From the NCBI GenBank assembly GCA_965247115.1, contig CBDFGR010000003.1, positions 1,536,001-1,600,000 on the forward strand: a DNA stretch of 64,000 nt, written 5' to 3'. The position numbers and the translations under genes were made by a program. This document shows, one piece after another, positions 40,125 to 48,805 of the stretch; the first letter of the stretch is position 1, and every line of letters begins with the position of its first letter. Under the pieces are notes generated by a model that worked only from the letters and a program-made list of their open reading frames with translations, was not told where the DNA came from and did no database searches. This DNA comes from Myxococcota bacterium. GTDB lineage: Bacteria; Myxococcota_A; UBA9160; SZUA-336.

Positions 40125-40171
40125 TTCGTGTTGCTCCAAGACGTGGCCTCCCCCGACACAGGAGTCCGTCG

Positions 40172-41086
40172 ATGCCCAGCAGCGTCAGCGTTGGTGAGTT
40201 CGGCCCGTTGATCGCGGGCCGCACGTTCATCGTCGCGGAGATCGGGATCAACCATAATGGAGATCTCGGCCTCGTCCGTCGGCTGATCGCTGCAGCAGCG
40301 AGCGCGGGCTGCGACGCCGTCAAGTTCCAGAAGCGCACAGTAGACGTCGTCTACACGCCTGAGGAGCTGGCGAGACCCCGTGCCAACCCGTTTGGCCCGA
40401 CGAACGGCGACCTCAAGCTGGGTCTCGAGCTGGGACGTGAGGCCTACGAGCAGATCGAGGCGTGCTGTGAGGCGCACCAGATCCAGTGGAGTGCATCGTG
40501 TTGGGACACGGGCTCGGTCGACTTCATCGCCGGGTTCGATCCCGCGTTCATGAAGATCGCTTCAGCATCGCTCACGGATGACGACCTGCTTCGTCACTAC
40601 CGTCGGACCGGGAAGCCGCTCTTTCTCTCGACCGGCATGAGCACGCTCGCGGAGATGGATCACGCAGTAGACGTGCTGGGCACGGAGGACCTCGTTCTTC
40701 TCCACTGCACGAGCTCGTATCCCGCCAGCCACGCGGAGATCAACCTGCGCTGTATGGGGGCCCTGCGCGAGCGCTACGGGATTCCGGTTGGCTACTCGGG
40801 TCACGAGCGCGGGATCGCTCCGACGCTGGCAGCAGTCGCACTTGGCGCCTGTGCGATCGAGCGACACGTGACCCTGGATCGAAGCCTCTGGGGCTCGGAT
40901 CAAGCTGCCTCGATCGAGACTCCGGAGCTGATCCGGTTGGTACGGGAGGTCCGAGCGGTCGAGGAGTCACTCGGCGATGGTACAAAGCGGGTCTACCCGA
41001 GCGAGGAGTCAGCCAGGGCGAAGCTGCGTCGGGTCCACGGGACGCCGTCGGCGCGGGTTGCGCACGGGCCCGCTGTGCGGGCCTGA
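40172..41086 (+). CDS. neuB: N-acetylneuraminate synthase family (NeuB), short form lacking the antifreeze-like domain
   Basis: AEIGINHNG, AVKFQKR, LSTGMS, LLHCTSSYP, GYSGHE and IERHVTLDR. Confidence 0.88.
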   Translation: MPSSVSVGEFGPLIAGRTFIVAEIGINHNGDLGLVRRLIAAAASAGCDAVKFQKRTVDVVYTPEELARPRANPFGPTNGDLKLGLELGREAYEQIEACCEAHQIQWSASCWDTGSVDFIAGFDPAFMKIASASLTDDDLLRHYRRTGKPLFLSTGMSTLAEMDHAVDVLGTEDLVLLHCTSSYPASHAEINLRCMGALRERYGIPVGYSGHERGIAPTLAAVALGACAIERHVTLDRSLWGSDQAASIETPELIRLVREVRAVEESLGDGTKRVYPSEESARAKLRRVHGTPSARVAHGPAVRA

Positions 41087-41099
41087 GGAGACGCCTGCC

Positions 41100-41849
41100 A
41101 TGTCGTCCGGGCCGGAGGCGGGGGCGCGACCGTCGATCCTGGGCAGCCGGCGGTACCTGACCTCGTTGTACTCGGACGAGCGGCGTCCAGCGAGCGACTA
41201 CCCTCGGCACCTGGCCGGGCACATAAGAGAGCTCTACGGGGACGGCGGGCGACTGCTCGACATCGGCTGCGGTCGGGGCGACATGCTGCGCGCGTTCGCG
41301 GACTGCGGCTTCGAGGTCTCGGGTCTCGACGTCTCGCCCGCGGCGAAAGAGATGGCGGCTCCGCATCCCGTCAAGATCGCCGACCTGGAGCGCGACGAGC
41401 TCCCCTACGTGCCAGGGAGCTTCGACTGCGTGTTCTCCAAGTCGGTGATCGAGCACATGCACGATCCGCTTGCGCTCCTACGCGCGTCGCTCGAAGCCCT
41501 GCGGCCAGGTGGGGTGGCGGTCGTGATGACACCGAGCTGGCTGCATCACGGCTGGGGTCCTTTCTACCTGGACTTCACACACGTCCGTCCCTTCACGGCG
41601 CCAGCGCTGGCCGACGCGCTGGAGCTGGCCGGCTTCGAGGGTGTGGAGGTGCGCCACTTTCGCCAGCTCCCCGTCCTGTGGCGACACCGCTGGCTCGTGC
41701 CCTGGGTTTCGCTGTTCGCGCGCCTGCCCCTGCCATATAGACCGATGCAGCGCGCTCCCTGGCCTGAGGGGCTCAACAGATTCATCCGCTTCTCCAGGGA
41801 AGTCATGTTGCTCGGAATTGCCCGCAAGCCGGAGGACCCCGGTGCCTGA
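41100..41849 (+). CDS. Class I SAM-dependent methyltransferase
   Basis: LLDIGCGRG, SFDCVFSKSVIEH and LRPGG. Confidence 0.88.
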   Translation: MSSGPEAGARPSILGSRRYLTSLYSDERRPASDYPRHLAGHIRELYGDGGRLLDIGCGRGDMLRAFADCGFEVSGLDVSPAAKEMAAPHPVKIADLERDELPYVPGSFDCVFSKSVIEHMHDPLALLRASLEALRPGGVAVVMTPSWLHHGWGPFYLDFTHVRPFTAPALADALELAGFEGVEVRHFRQLPVLWRHRWLVPWVSLFARLPLPYRPMQRAPWPEGLNRFIRFSREVMLLGIARKPEDPGA

Positions 41850-42510
41850 GCTGAGTGACGACGCACATGTGTGGAGCTGCTACAACGGCCTGCTGCTGGG
41901 CCCGGACGTCGATCGTGTGCGCAAGCTCCTGGTCCGCTACGAGCTGCTGAAGCGCTGCCTCGGGGTTCCCGGAGACGTCGTGGAGTGCGGGGTCTTCAAG
42001 GGCGCCGGGCTGATGTACTGGCTCAAGCTGCTCGCGATCCTCGCTCCGGTGGCCCAACGTCGTGTCGTGGGCTTCGATACGTTCTCGTCCTTCTCGGATT
42101 CGCTGCTCCCCTACGAGCAGGGCCCGGCCGATGCGTTCACAAGCGAGGCGAGCTTCGACGGGGTCAATCCCGACGACATTCTGGCGCTGGCGCGTGCGGC
42201 GGGCCTTGCAGATCGAGTCGAGCTCGTGGCTGGCGACATCGCGACGAGCGGACCGAAGTACGTCTCGGAGAACCCCGGGTTCCGGATCGCGCTCCTCCAC
42301 CTGGATCTCGACACCTACCACGGCACTCGCGCTGCGCTCGAAGCCCTCTATACGAGTGTGGTTCCCGGCGGGCTGATCGTCCTCGACGAGTACGGTAGCC
42401 GCGGCTGGGGGGAGAGCGACGCCGTCGATGAATTCTTCGCCGGTCGCGGCGTCGAGATCCGCAGCGTCGACCACTCCATCCAACCGACCGCATGCATCGT
42501 CAAGCCATGA
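41842..42510 (+). CDS. TylF/MycF/NovP-related O-methyltransferase
   Basis: PGDVVECGVFKG, GFDTF, IALLHLDLDTY and GGLIVLDEY. Confidence 0.85.
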   Translation: MPELSDDAHVWSCYNGLLLGPDVDRVRKLLVRYELLKRCLGVPGDVVECGVFKGAGLMYWLKLLAILAPVAQRRVVGFDTFSSFSDSLLPYEQGPADAFTSEASFDGVNPDDILALARAAGLADRVELVAGDIATSGPKYVSENPGFRIALLHLDLDTYHGTRAALEALYTSVVPGGLIVLDEYGSRGWGESDAVDEFFAGRGVEIRSVDHSIQPTACIVKP

Positions 42511-43337
42511 GTGCGATTGCCATCATGCAGGGTCGTCTGTGCCCGAAGGCTCCGGGACAGCTGCAGTCCTTTCCCTGGGACTGCTGGCCGGAGGAGTTCG
42601 ACCGCGCTCGAGACCTGGGCTTCGACGCGATCGAGTGGCTCTTCGATGCGCCGCGCTGGTCCGAAAATCCGATCTGCTCGGCAGCGGGAAGGAGAGAGAT
42701 CACCCGCCTCACAGCGGATGCAGGCGTTGCCGTGAGCAGTGTCTGTGCGCACTGGTCCACCGCTGGGAGCCTGGCCTCCCCGGATCTCGCGGTACGCGCC
42801 CGCGCCGTCGGCATCTTGCGGGATCTCCGGGAGCACTGTGTGCAGCTCGGCATTCGCGTCGTTGTACTTCCGTGTCTAGAACACGGCTCGCTGCGGGCAG
42901 CAGGGGCAAGAGAGCGGACCGCACAAGCCCTGCGCGCGGCTCTGGGGCGTAACGAGGGAGGACCTCGGGTGGCTCTCGAGACGGACTTGCCCGCGCATGA
43001 GCTCGCTGCCTTCTTACGCGAGACGGGACTCAAGGAGCTGGGCGTCTGTTGCGACCTGGGAAATGCGACCGCGCAGGGGCTCGATCCCACGCTGGAGCTT
43101 CGAGCTCTCGCGGAGCAGCTGCTCGAGGTGCACGTCAAGGATCGCACTCAGGCGGGCATCAGTGTTCCGCTCGGGACCGGCGACACACCACTGGCGTCTG
43201 CTCTGGCTCTGCTTGGCGAGCTCAGCTACTCCGGGCCCCTCGTCCTCGAGACGCCGGTGGAAGACGACTGGCACGCCGCCGCGCAGCGAAACCGAGGCTA
43301 CGTGCGCAAGCACGCATTCCGCGAGGCGCTTGCATGA
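42507..43337 (+). CDS. Sugar-phosphate isomerase/epimerase (xylose isomerase-like TIM barrel)
   Basis: IMQGRL, GFDAIEW, ALETD, DLGN, VHVKDR and VPLGTG. Confidence 0.8.
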   Translation: MSAIAIMQGRLCPKAPGQLQSFPWDCWPEEFDRARDLGFDAIEWLFDAPRWSENPICSAAGRREITRLTADAGVAVSSVCAHWSTAGSLASPDLAVRARAVGILRDLREHCVQLGIRVVVLPCLEHGSLRAAGARERTAQALRAALGRNEGGPRVALETDLPAHELAAFLRETGLKELGVCCDLGNATAQGLDPTLELRALAEQLLEVHVKDRTQAGISVPLGTGDTPLASALALLGELSYSGPLVLETPVEDDWHAAAQRNRGYVRKHAFREALA

Positions 43338-44371
43338 AGGCGCTCTTCGCAGGATTGGGATCGATCGGTCAGCGGCACCTCCGCAACCTGGCTCGGCTTG
43401 CGCCGGAGGTGCGGCTCATCGCGCATCGAACGCGCCGTAGCGCGCCAGTTCTCGACGACTCGATGCATGTCGACGAGAGCGCGGATCTCCTTCGAGACCA
43501 CAAGCTCGTCGAGTACGATGAGCTCGACCGCGCGCTTGGCGAGCGGCCCGAGATCGCCTTCATCACCAATCCGTCGGCACTGCACGTGGACACCGCCCTG
43601 CGCTGCGTGGCTGCTGGTTGCCACGTGTTCGTCGAGAAGCCGCTCGCCTCGAGCTGGCAGCGGGTCGAGGAGCTGATCGACCGCGTCGAGGCACGCGGAC
43701 TCGTGGGGGCGGTGGGCTACCAGCTCCGCATGCACCCCGGGGTGCGTCTTGTCGAGGAGTGGCTGCGAGCGGGTCGCATTGGCAACGTGGTGTCGGCGAC
43801 GCTCTGCAACGGCGAGGCCCTGCCGGACTGGCATCCCTACGAGGACTACAGGGAGGGATACGCGGCGCGCGAAGAGCTCGGGGGCGGCGCCCTCCTCACG
43901 CAGATCCACGAGCTGGACCTCGCGCTGTGGCTGTTCGGAATGCCCACACGCGTCTTTGCCGTGGGCGGCCGGCTCAGTCGCCTGGAGGTGGACGTCGAGG
44001 ACTGCGCCACGGTGCTTCTCGAGTGTCGGCCTGCTGGCCGCCCGCTGCCCGTGACCGTGCAGCTCGACTACGTCCAGGCACCCCCGGTTCGCAGCTGTAC
44101 CATCGTGGGCGACGCGGGCCGCATCGAGCTCGATCTGATCGCGGGCGCCGCTATGCTGCGGACCCGAGACGTCGTCGTGGACGAGCGCTTCGCGGACTTC
44201 GTCCGAAACGACATGTTCGTTGCGGAGCTCGGGCAATTTCTCGATGCTGTGCGCGGAGCCGGCAAACCGGCGGTCGATCTTCGCGAGGGCGCCCGGAGCC
44301 TGCGTCTCGCTCTGGCCGCTCGCCGTTCGCTCGGCGAGGGACGTGCCGTCGAGCTCTCGGGACGGGACTGA
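43334..44371 (+). CDS. Gfo/Idh/MocA-family oxidoreductase
   Basis: GLGSIGQRH, HVFVEKP, LPDWHPYEDYR and GGGALLTQIHELD. Confidence 0.88.
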   Translation: MKALFAGLGSIGQRHLRNLARLAPEVRLIAHRTRRSAPVLDDSMHVDESADLLRDHKLVEYDELDRALGERPEIAFITNPSALHVDTALRCVAAGCHVFVEKPLASSWQRVEELIDRVEARGLVGAVGYQLRMHPGVRLVEEWLRAGRIGNVVSATLCNGEALPDWHPYEDYREGYAAREELGGGALLTQIHELDLALWLFGMPTRVFAVGGRLSRLEVDVEDCATVLLECRPAGRPLPVTVQLDYVQAPPVRSCTIVGDAGRIELDLIAGAAMLRTRDVVVDERFADFVRNDMFVAELGQFLDAVRGAGKPAVDLREGARSLRLALAARRSLGEGRAVELSGRD

Positions 44372-44374
44372 GCC

Positions 44375-45133
44375 GTGGGCGACCGGCCGGAGGTGCTCGC
44401 ATTCATCCCCGCGCGGGGCGGCTCCAAGAGCGTGCCCCGCAAGAACCTGGTCGAGGTCGGGGGCCGCCCGCTGATCGCGCACAGCATCCTGCACGCGGAG
44501 GCAGCGCGACGGATTACGCGAACGATCGTGTCGACGGAAGACGAGGAGATCGCCGGCGTTGCCGAGGAGTGGGGAGCGGATGTGCCGTTCGTGCGCCCGG
44601 ACAAGCTCGCGGGTGATGCGTCTCCCGACATCGACGTCCTGCGGCACGTGCTCGAGTGGCTGCGAGACGAGGAGGGCTACTCCCCGGAGCTCGTCGTCCA
44701 CCTCCGACCCACGAACCCCGTGCGCCGATCCGAACGGATCGATGCGGCGATCGAGCAGATGCTCGCAACACCCGAGGCGGATGCTCTGCGCTCTGTTCAG
44801 ATCGCAGTGCAGACTCCCTACAAGATGTGGCGCATCGAGGATCAGCGCCTGGTGGCCGTGGCCGAGTTGGATGGTCTGTGCGAGGCGCACTCGATGCCCC
44901 GTCAGATTTTGCCCCGCACCTACTGGCAGAACGGCTACGTGGACATCGTGCGCCCCCGAACCGTACTGGAGAAGTGTTCGATGGTCGGCGATCTGCTGCT
45001 CCCCTTCGTGATCGAGGAGGAGAGCTGCGACATCGATTACCCCGAAGATGTGGAGCGCGCGGACGATACGTTGCGACGCCTTGCCCATGGTGGAGCGCAG
45101 CGGGCTCCCCGCGGAGATCGTAGTCCGTCATGA
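44375..45133 (+). CDS. neuA: Acylneuraminate cytidylyltransferase (NeuA family)
   Basis: IPARGGSKSVPRKN, VPFVRP, HLRPTNP, QNGY and DIDYPED. Confidence 0.88.
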   Translation: MGDRPEVLAFIPARGGSKSVPRKNLVEVGGRPLIAHSILHAEAARRITRTIVSTEDEEIAGVAEEWGADVPFVRPDKLAGDASPDIDVLRHVLEWLRDEEGYSPELVVHLRPTNPVRRSERIDAAIEQMLATPEADALRSVQIAVQTPYKMWRIEDQRLVAVAELDGLCEAHSMPRQILPRTYWQNGYVDIVRPRTVLEKCSMVGDLLLPFVIEEESCDIDYPEDVERADDTLRRLAHGGAQRAPRGDRSPS

Positions 45134-45996
45134 GTTCCGGCGTCCGCACTCCGCGCCCGACCCGCCGGGTCCGCGACGTCTTTGAGTTGACGGGCAGGGT
45201 CGCGGTGATCACGGGTGGGGCGGGTCTTCTCGGTCGGCGACACGCGGAGGCCATCGCGGAGCTCGGAGGGGTGCCGGTGCTCCTGGACCTTGACCACGCT
45301 GCTGCAGAGCGGACGGCGAAGGAGCTGCGCGACGCGCACGGCTGCGACGCACATTCCGTGCCGTCTGATGTGAGCTGTCCGGAGGATGTAGAGTCAGCTC
45401 TCGCCGCGGTCCTATCGCGCTACGGACGCGTCGACATTCTGGTCAACAACGCCGCGCGCAACCCGGCCGTCGCTTCGACCGGTCTCGACGATGGGGTCGC
45501 GAGCCGTCTGGAATCTCTGCCACTCGACGTCTGGAATGCAGACCTCGCGGTCGGCCTGACTGGTGCGTTCCTCTGCGCGCGCACCTTTGGCAGCGAGATG
45601 GCGCGCGCCGGGGGCGGCGTGATCCTGAACATCGCATCGGACCTCGGGCTGATTGCCCCCGATCAGCGGCTGTACACAAGACCGGGCCGCTCGGCCGAGA
45701 CGCAGCCGACCAAGCCCGCGAGCTACTCGGTCGTGAAGCACGGCCTGATCGGTCTGACTCGCTACCTGGCCACGTACTGGGCGGATCGGGGTGTTCGTGC
45801 GAACGCGCTGGCACCGGGTGGTGTGCACACGGACCAGGAGTGCGAGTTCGTGGAGCGCGTTGCTGCGCTGATCCCGATGGGGCGGCTGGCGGAGCCCGAC
45901 GAGTACAAGGCTGCGGTCGCGTTTCTGGTCTCGGACGCGTCGTCCTACATGAACGGCGCCGTTCTCCCGATCGACGGGGGCCGCACCTGCTGGTAG
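45130..45996 (+). CDS. SDR oxidoreductase (PtmA-like)
   Basis: ITGGAGLLG, LVNNAA, IAPDQRLY, YSVVKHGLIGLTRYLATYW and IPMGR. Confidence 0.85.
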   Translation: MSSGVRTPRPTRRVRDVFELTGRVAVITGGAGLLGRRHAEAIAELGGVPVLLDLDHAAAERTAKELRDAHGCDAHSVPSDVSCPEDVESALAAVLSRYGRVDILVNNAARNPAVASTGLDDGVASRLESLPLDVWNADLAVGLTGAFLCARTFGSEMARAGGGVILNIASDLGLIAPDQRLYTRPGRSAETQPTKPASYSVVKHGLIGLTRYLATYWADRGVRANALAPGGVHTDQECEFVERVAALIPMGRLAEPDEYKAAVAFLVSDASSYMNGAVLPIDGGRTCW

Positions 45997-46890
45997 TCAG
46001 GCGGGTCTGTTCTCACGGATGAACGAGACGGCGATCAGAACGCGTTCGCGACCTGGAAGCTGCGGCCAGCCCCGGTGGATGCCGCTCTGGTTCGAGACGA
46101 TCAGGGTTCCAGCGGACCCCAACACCTTGACCTCTCTTGCGGGATCCCACAGCGCTGCGTCCGTCTCCCGTCCTCCCGTCTCGGTCTGGATGCGCCGGTT
46201 CAGGGTGCGCACCAGCCCGGCCCGGTGGCTGCCCGCGACATAGCAGTAGGGACCAAAGCTCTCGTCGGGCACGTCGGTCAAGTACAGAAACGCCTTGAAC
46301 TGGGTGTAGAAGGCGTCGTAGTGCCAGCCGCGCGTCTGGGTGATCGAGCGGTTCACGTATGCGTTCATCACCTTGAGATCCGGCCTGGACCCTCCCGCCT
46401 CGGTGATGAGCTGGTTGATCTCGGGGTCTTCGCGCAGCGTGGCGAGCTCTGGCAGGATCCGGTCCACGTGCATCAGATCGAGCATGCCCACGTCGCCTCG
46501 TGTCCGCTTGATCAGTACGGGCTTGTTGCAAGCTGCGATCTCCCCGTAGCCCTCCAGGCCGCGGTAGCCATCGCCCTGTACCTTCTGGATCAGCCGCGCG
46601 TCCTCCCAGGGCCACTCGTCGGGTAGAGACGCCAGGACCTCTTCGAGGCGACCCCGCAACACCTCGCACTGCTCCGCCGATACCGCGCCAGGGAGCACGA
46701 CGATGCCGGAGCGATCGAGCTCCTCCGCGACGCTACTCGTGGGGCCGGGTACCAACGGCGCCGTACCGTGCGCTTTCTCCAACGCCTCGACCCGCCGCTC
46801 GAGCGCCTCTACCTGCCCGCGCAGGCGAGCCTCCTCCTCGGCGGCACAGCAGAGGACGAGTTCGCTCAGCTCCCGCTCACTGAGGGCCAA
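45997..46890 (-). CDS. Phytanoyl-CoA dioxygenase-like 2OG-Fe(II) oxygenase with N-terminal coiled coil
   Basis: WHYD (HxD), FLYLTDV, GPYCYVAGSH and IHRG. TTG 46890 has a GGAG RBS; the alternative start is ATG 46932. Confidence 0.75.
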   Translation of the reverse strand: MALSERELSELVLCCAAEEEARLRGQVEALERRVEALEKAHGTAPLVPGPTSSVAEELDRSGIVVLPGAVSAEQCEVLRGRLEEVLASLPDEWPWEDARLIQKVQGDGYRGLEGYGEIAACNKPVLIKRTRGDVGMLDLMHVDRILPELATLREDPEINQLITEAGGSRPDLKVMNAYVNRSITQTRGWHYDAFYTQFKAFLYLTDVPDESFGPYCYVAGSHRAGLVRTLNRRIQTETGGRETDAALWDPAREVKVLGSAGTLIVSNQSGIHRGWPQLPGRERVLIAVSFIRENRPA

Positions 46891-46919
46891 GGCCTGCTCC
46901 GCGTCCGCACACGTCTGAC

Positions 46920-46946
46920 TGATCGGCCGCATGGCCGCGGGCTTGA
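46920..46946 (-). promoter_or_regulatory. Sigma28 (FliA)-like promoter for the dioxygenase
   Basis: Minus strand TCAAG-N14-GCCGATCA. Confidence 0.5.
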
Positions 46947-46968
46947 CGCGCTCGGGGCTCCGTTCCGC

Positions 46969-48156
46969 CTACTCGATCGTCCCGGCGTCCGCGAGCGAGC
47001 GGAGCTCGTCTCCGTCGAGGCCGAGCTCGTCGCGGAGCACCTCCCTCGTGTGTTGGCCGAGCAGGGGTGAGGCCTGGATCGGTACGTCGTTCCGGGACAT
47101 GCGAGGTCCCCATCCGAGCAGGCGGACCGTACCCACCGCTTCGTGCTCCACCGTCTTGATGAAGTCGCGTGCGAGCAGGTGTGGGTCGTGGAACAGGTCG
47201 CGCGTGTCCAGGATCGCACTGGCGGGCACGCCGGCGTCGCCGAGCTCCACCATCGCGTCCCGCTTCGTCCGCGTGCGTGTCCACGCGGCGACCTCCTCAT
47301 AGAGCTCTGCCCCGTTCTTCTCGCGCCCGACCCCGCTGTCGAAGCGTGGGTCCGTCAGCAGATCGCGGCGCGCGATCGTATCGCAGAGGGTCTCCCACAT
47401 CCGCGTATTGACGACCATGATGTACACGTAATCGTTCGGGCCGAAGGGCTTGCAGGGGTACATGTTCGTCGGCGCACCGGCGCCGTTTCCGGAGCGAGGC
47501 GTCGCATGCTCGCCCCAGCCGTTGCCCGACACCATGGTGCGCATGTAGTAGGTCATCGCCTCCTGCATCGACAGCTCGATCAGCTGACCCTCTCCCGTGC
47601 GCTGCTTTTGCACGAGTGCGGCTGCAATGGCGAGAGCCATCTGCACACCCGTGCCGGCGTCTCCCGTTGTGGGGCCGGGCCGAAGGGGTGGTCCATCGGG
47701 CGTCCCCGTGATCGAAAATGCCCCCGCTGCTGCCTGTGCGATCATGTCCATGCACTTGTAGCTCGCGTACGGACCGCTGGTGCCGAAGCCCTTGATGCGG
47801 GCGTAGATGATCTCGGGGTGCACGGACTTCATGACCTCGTAGCCAATGTCGAGCTTCTCGATCACACCCGGTCCGTAGTTCTCGACGAAGACGTCGTAGC
47901 GGGGCACCAGACCCAGCAGCAGCTCGCGGCCCCGCGCATCGTTCAGGTCGATGGTCACGCTGCGCTTGTTGCTGTTCCAGTTGATGAAGTAGGGGGAGTT
48001 GTCTTCCCCCCTTCGGATGCCGCGGCCGGGATCACCGACTTTCGGCTGCTCGACCTTGACCACGTCGGCACCGAGCCAGGCAAGGGCTTGCGTGCAGGAG
48101 GTTCCGGCCTCGTACTGCGTCATGTCGAGGATGCGAATTCCCTCGAGTGCGGACAT
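46969..48156 (-). CDS. Class III CoA-transferase (CaiB/BaiF, formyl-CoA transferase-like)
   Basis: LEGIRILDMTQYEAG, GADVVKVE, NSNKRS, DVFVENYGPG and PLLGQHT. Confidence 0.92.
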   Translation of the reverse strand: MSALEGIRILDMTQYEAGTSCTQALAWLGADVVKVEQPKVGDPGRGIRRGEDNSPYFINWNSNKRSVTIDLNDARGRELLLGLVPRYDVFVENYGPGVIEKLDIGYEVMKSVHPEIIYARIKGFGTSGPYASYKCMDMIAQAAAGAFSITGTPDGPPLRPGPTTGDAGTGVQMALAIAAALVQKQRTGEGQLIELSMQEAMTYYMRTMVSGNGWGEHATPRSGNGAGAPTNMYPCKPFGPNDYVYIMVVNTRMWETLCDTIARRDLLTDPRFDSGVGREKNGAELYEEVAAWTRTRTKRDAMVELGDAGVPASAILDTRDLFHDPHLLARDFIKTVEHEAVGTVRLLGWGPRMSRNDVPIQASPLLGQHTREVLRDELGLDGDELRSLADAGTIE

Positions 48157-48243
48157 CTTCGGCCCCCTGGGCTGGTCTGGTTGGATGGCGCCATCCTACT
48201 AGATGGTCTCGCGCCACGCAGAGCTTCGTTAGATTGGAGCGCG

Positions 48244-48801
48244 ATGAGCGAGCAGCCCGAGAACTGGCTGGAGCTGCAGGAGCAGCTGCTCTCGGGAGAC
48301 CGGGTTGCGTTCGCGCGCATGAATCGCCTGATCAGCGGCTTTCTGATCCGCCTGCGCGCGTACGACTTCCGCGAGGAGTGGGACGATCTTCGTCAGGAGG
48401 TCCTCGTCTCCGTGATCGCGAACGCACGGCGTGGCAGTCTGCGAGATCCTCAGGCGTTCGTCGGCTACGTGCGCATCATCACGCGCAACAAGTTCATGGA
48501 CAGGCTCAAGCGCAGCCTGCGCGCCGGCGAGAAGGCGACCCTGCCCTGGGACGAGGAGACCGCCTGGCTGACGGCGAGCGCTGCCGTCCCGCGCGTAGAC
48601 ACGGGCGCCCTCGAGCTGTGGGCCGAGGTCCAGAAGCTTCCGCGCGAGCGGCGCCAGCTCGTGGAGGCCGTCTACCGCCAGGGCAAGACCTATCAGGAGG
48701 CCGCGGACGACGCAGGTGTGCCGCTCGGAACCGCGAAGCGCTGGCTCCGGGAGGCTCTGGTCGAGCTCCGCAAGCGCCTTCGCGACTCGGAGGCGGGGTG
48801 A
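48244..48801 (+). CDS. ECF RNA polymerase sigma factor
   Basis: Region 2 (DDLRQEV...IITRNKFMDRLKR) and region 4 (LPRERRQLV...TYQEAA...VPLGTAK). Confidence 0.85.
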   Translation: MSEQPENWLELQEQLLSGDRVAFARMNRLISGFLIRLRAYDFREEWDDLRQEVLVSVIANARRGSLRDPQAFVGYVRIITRNKFMDRLKRSLRAGEKATLPWDEETAWLTASAAVPRVDTGALELWAEVQKLPRERRQLVEAVYRQGKTYQEAADDAGVPLGTAKRWLREALVELRKRLRDSEAG

Positions 48802-48805
48802 TCCG

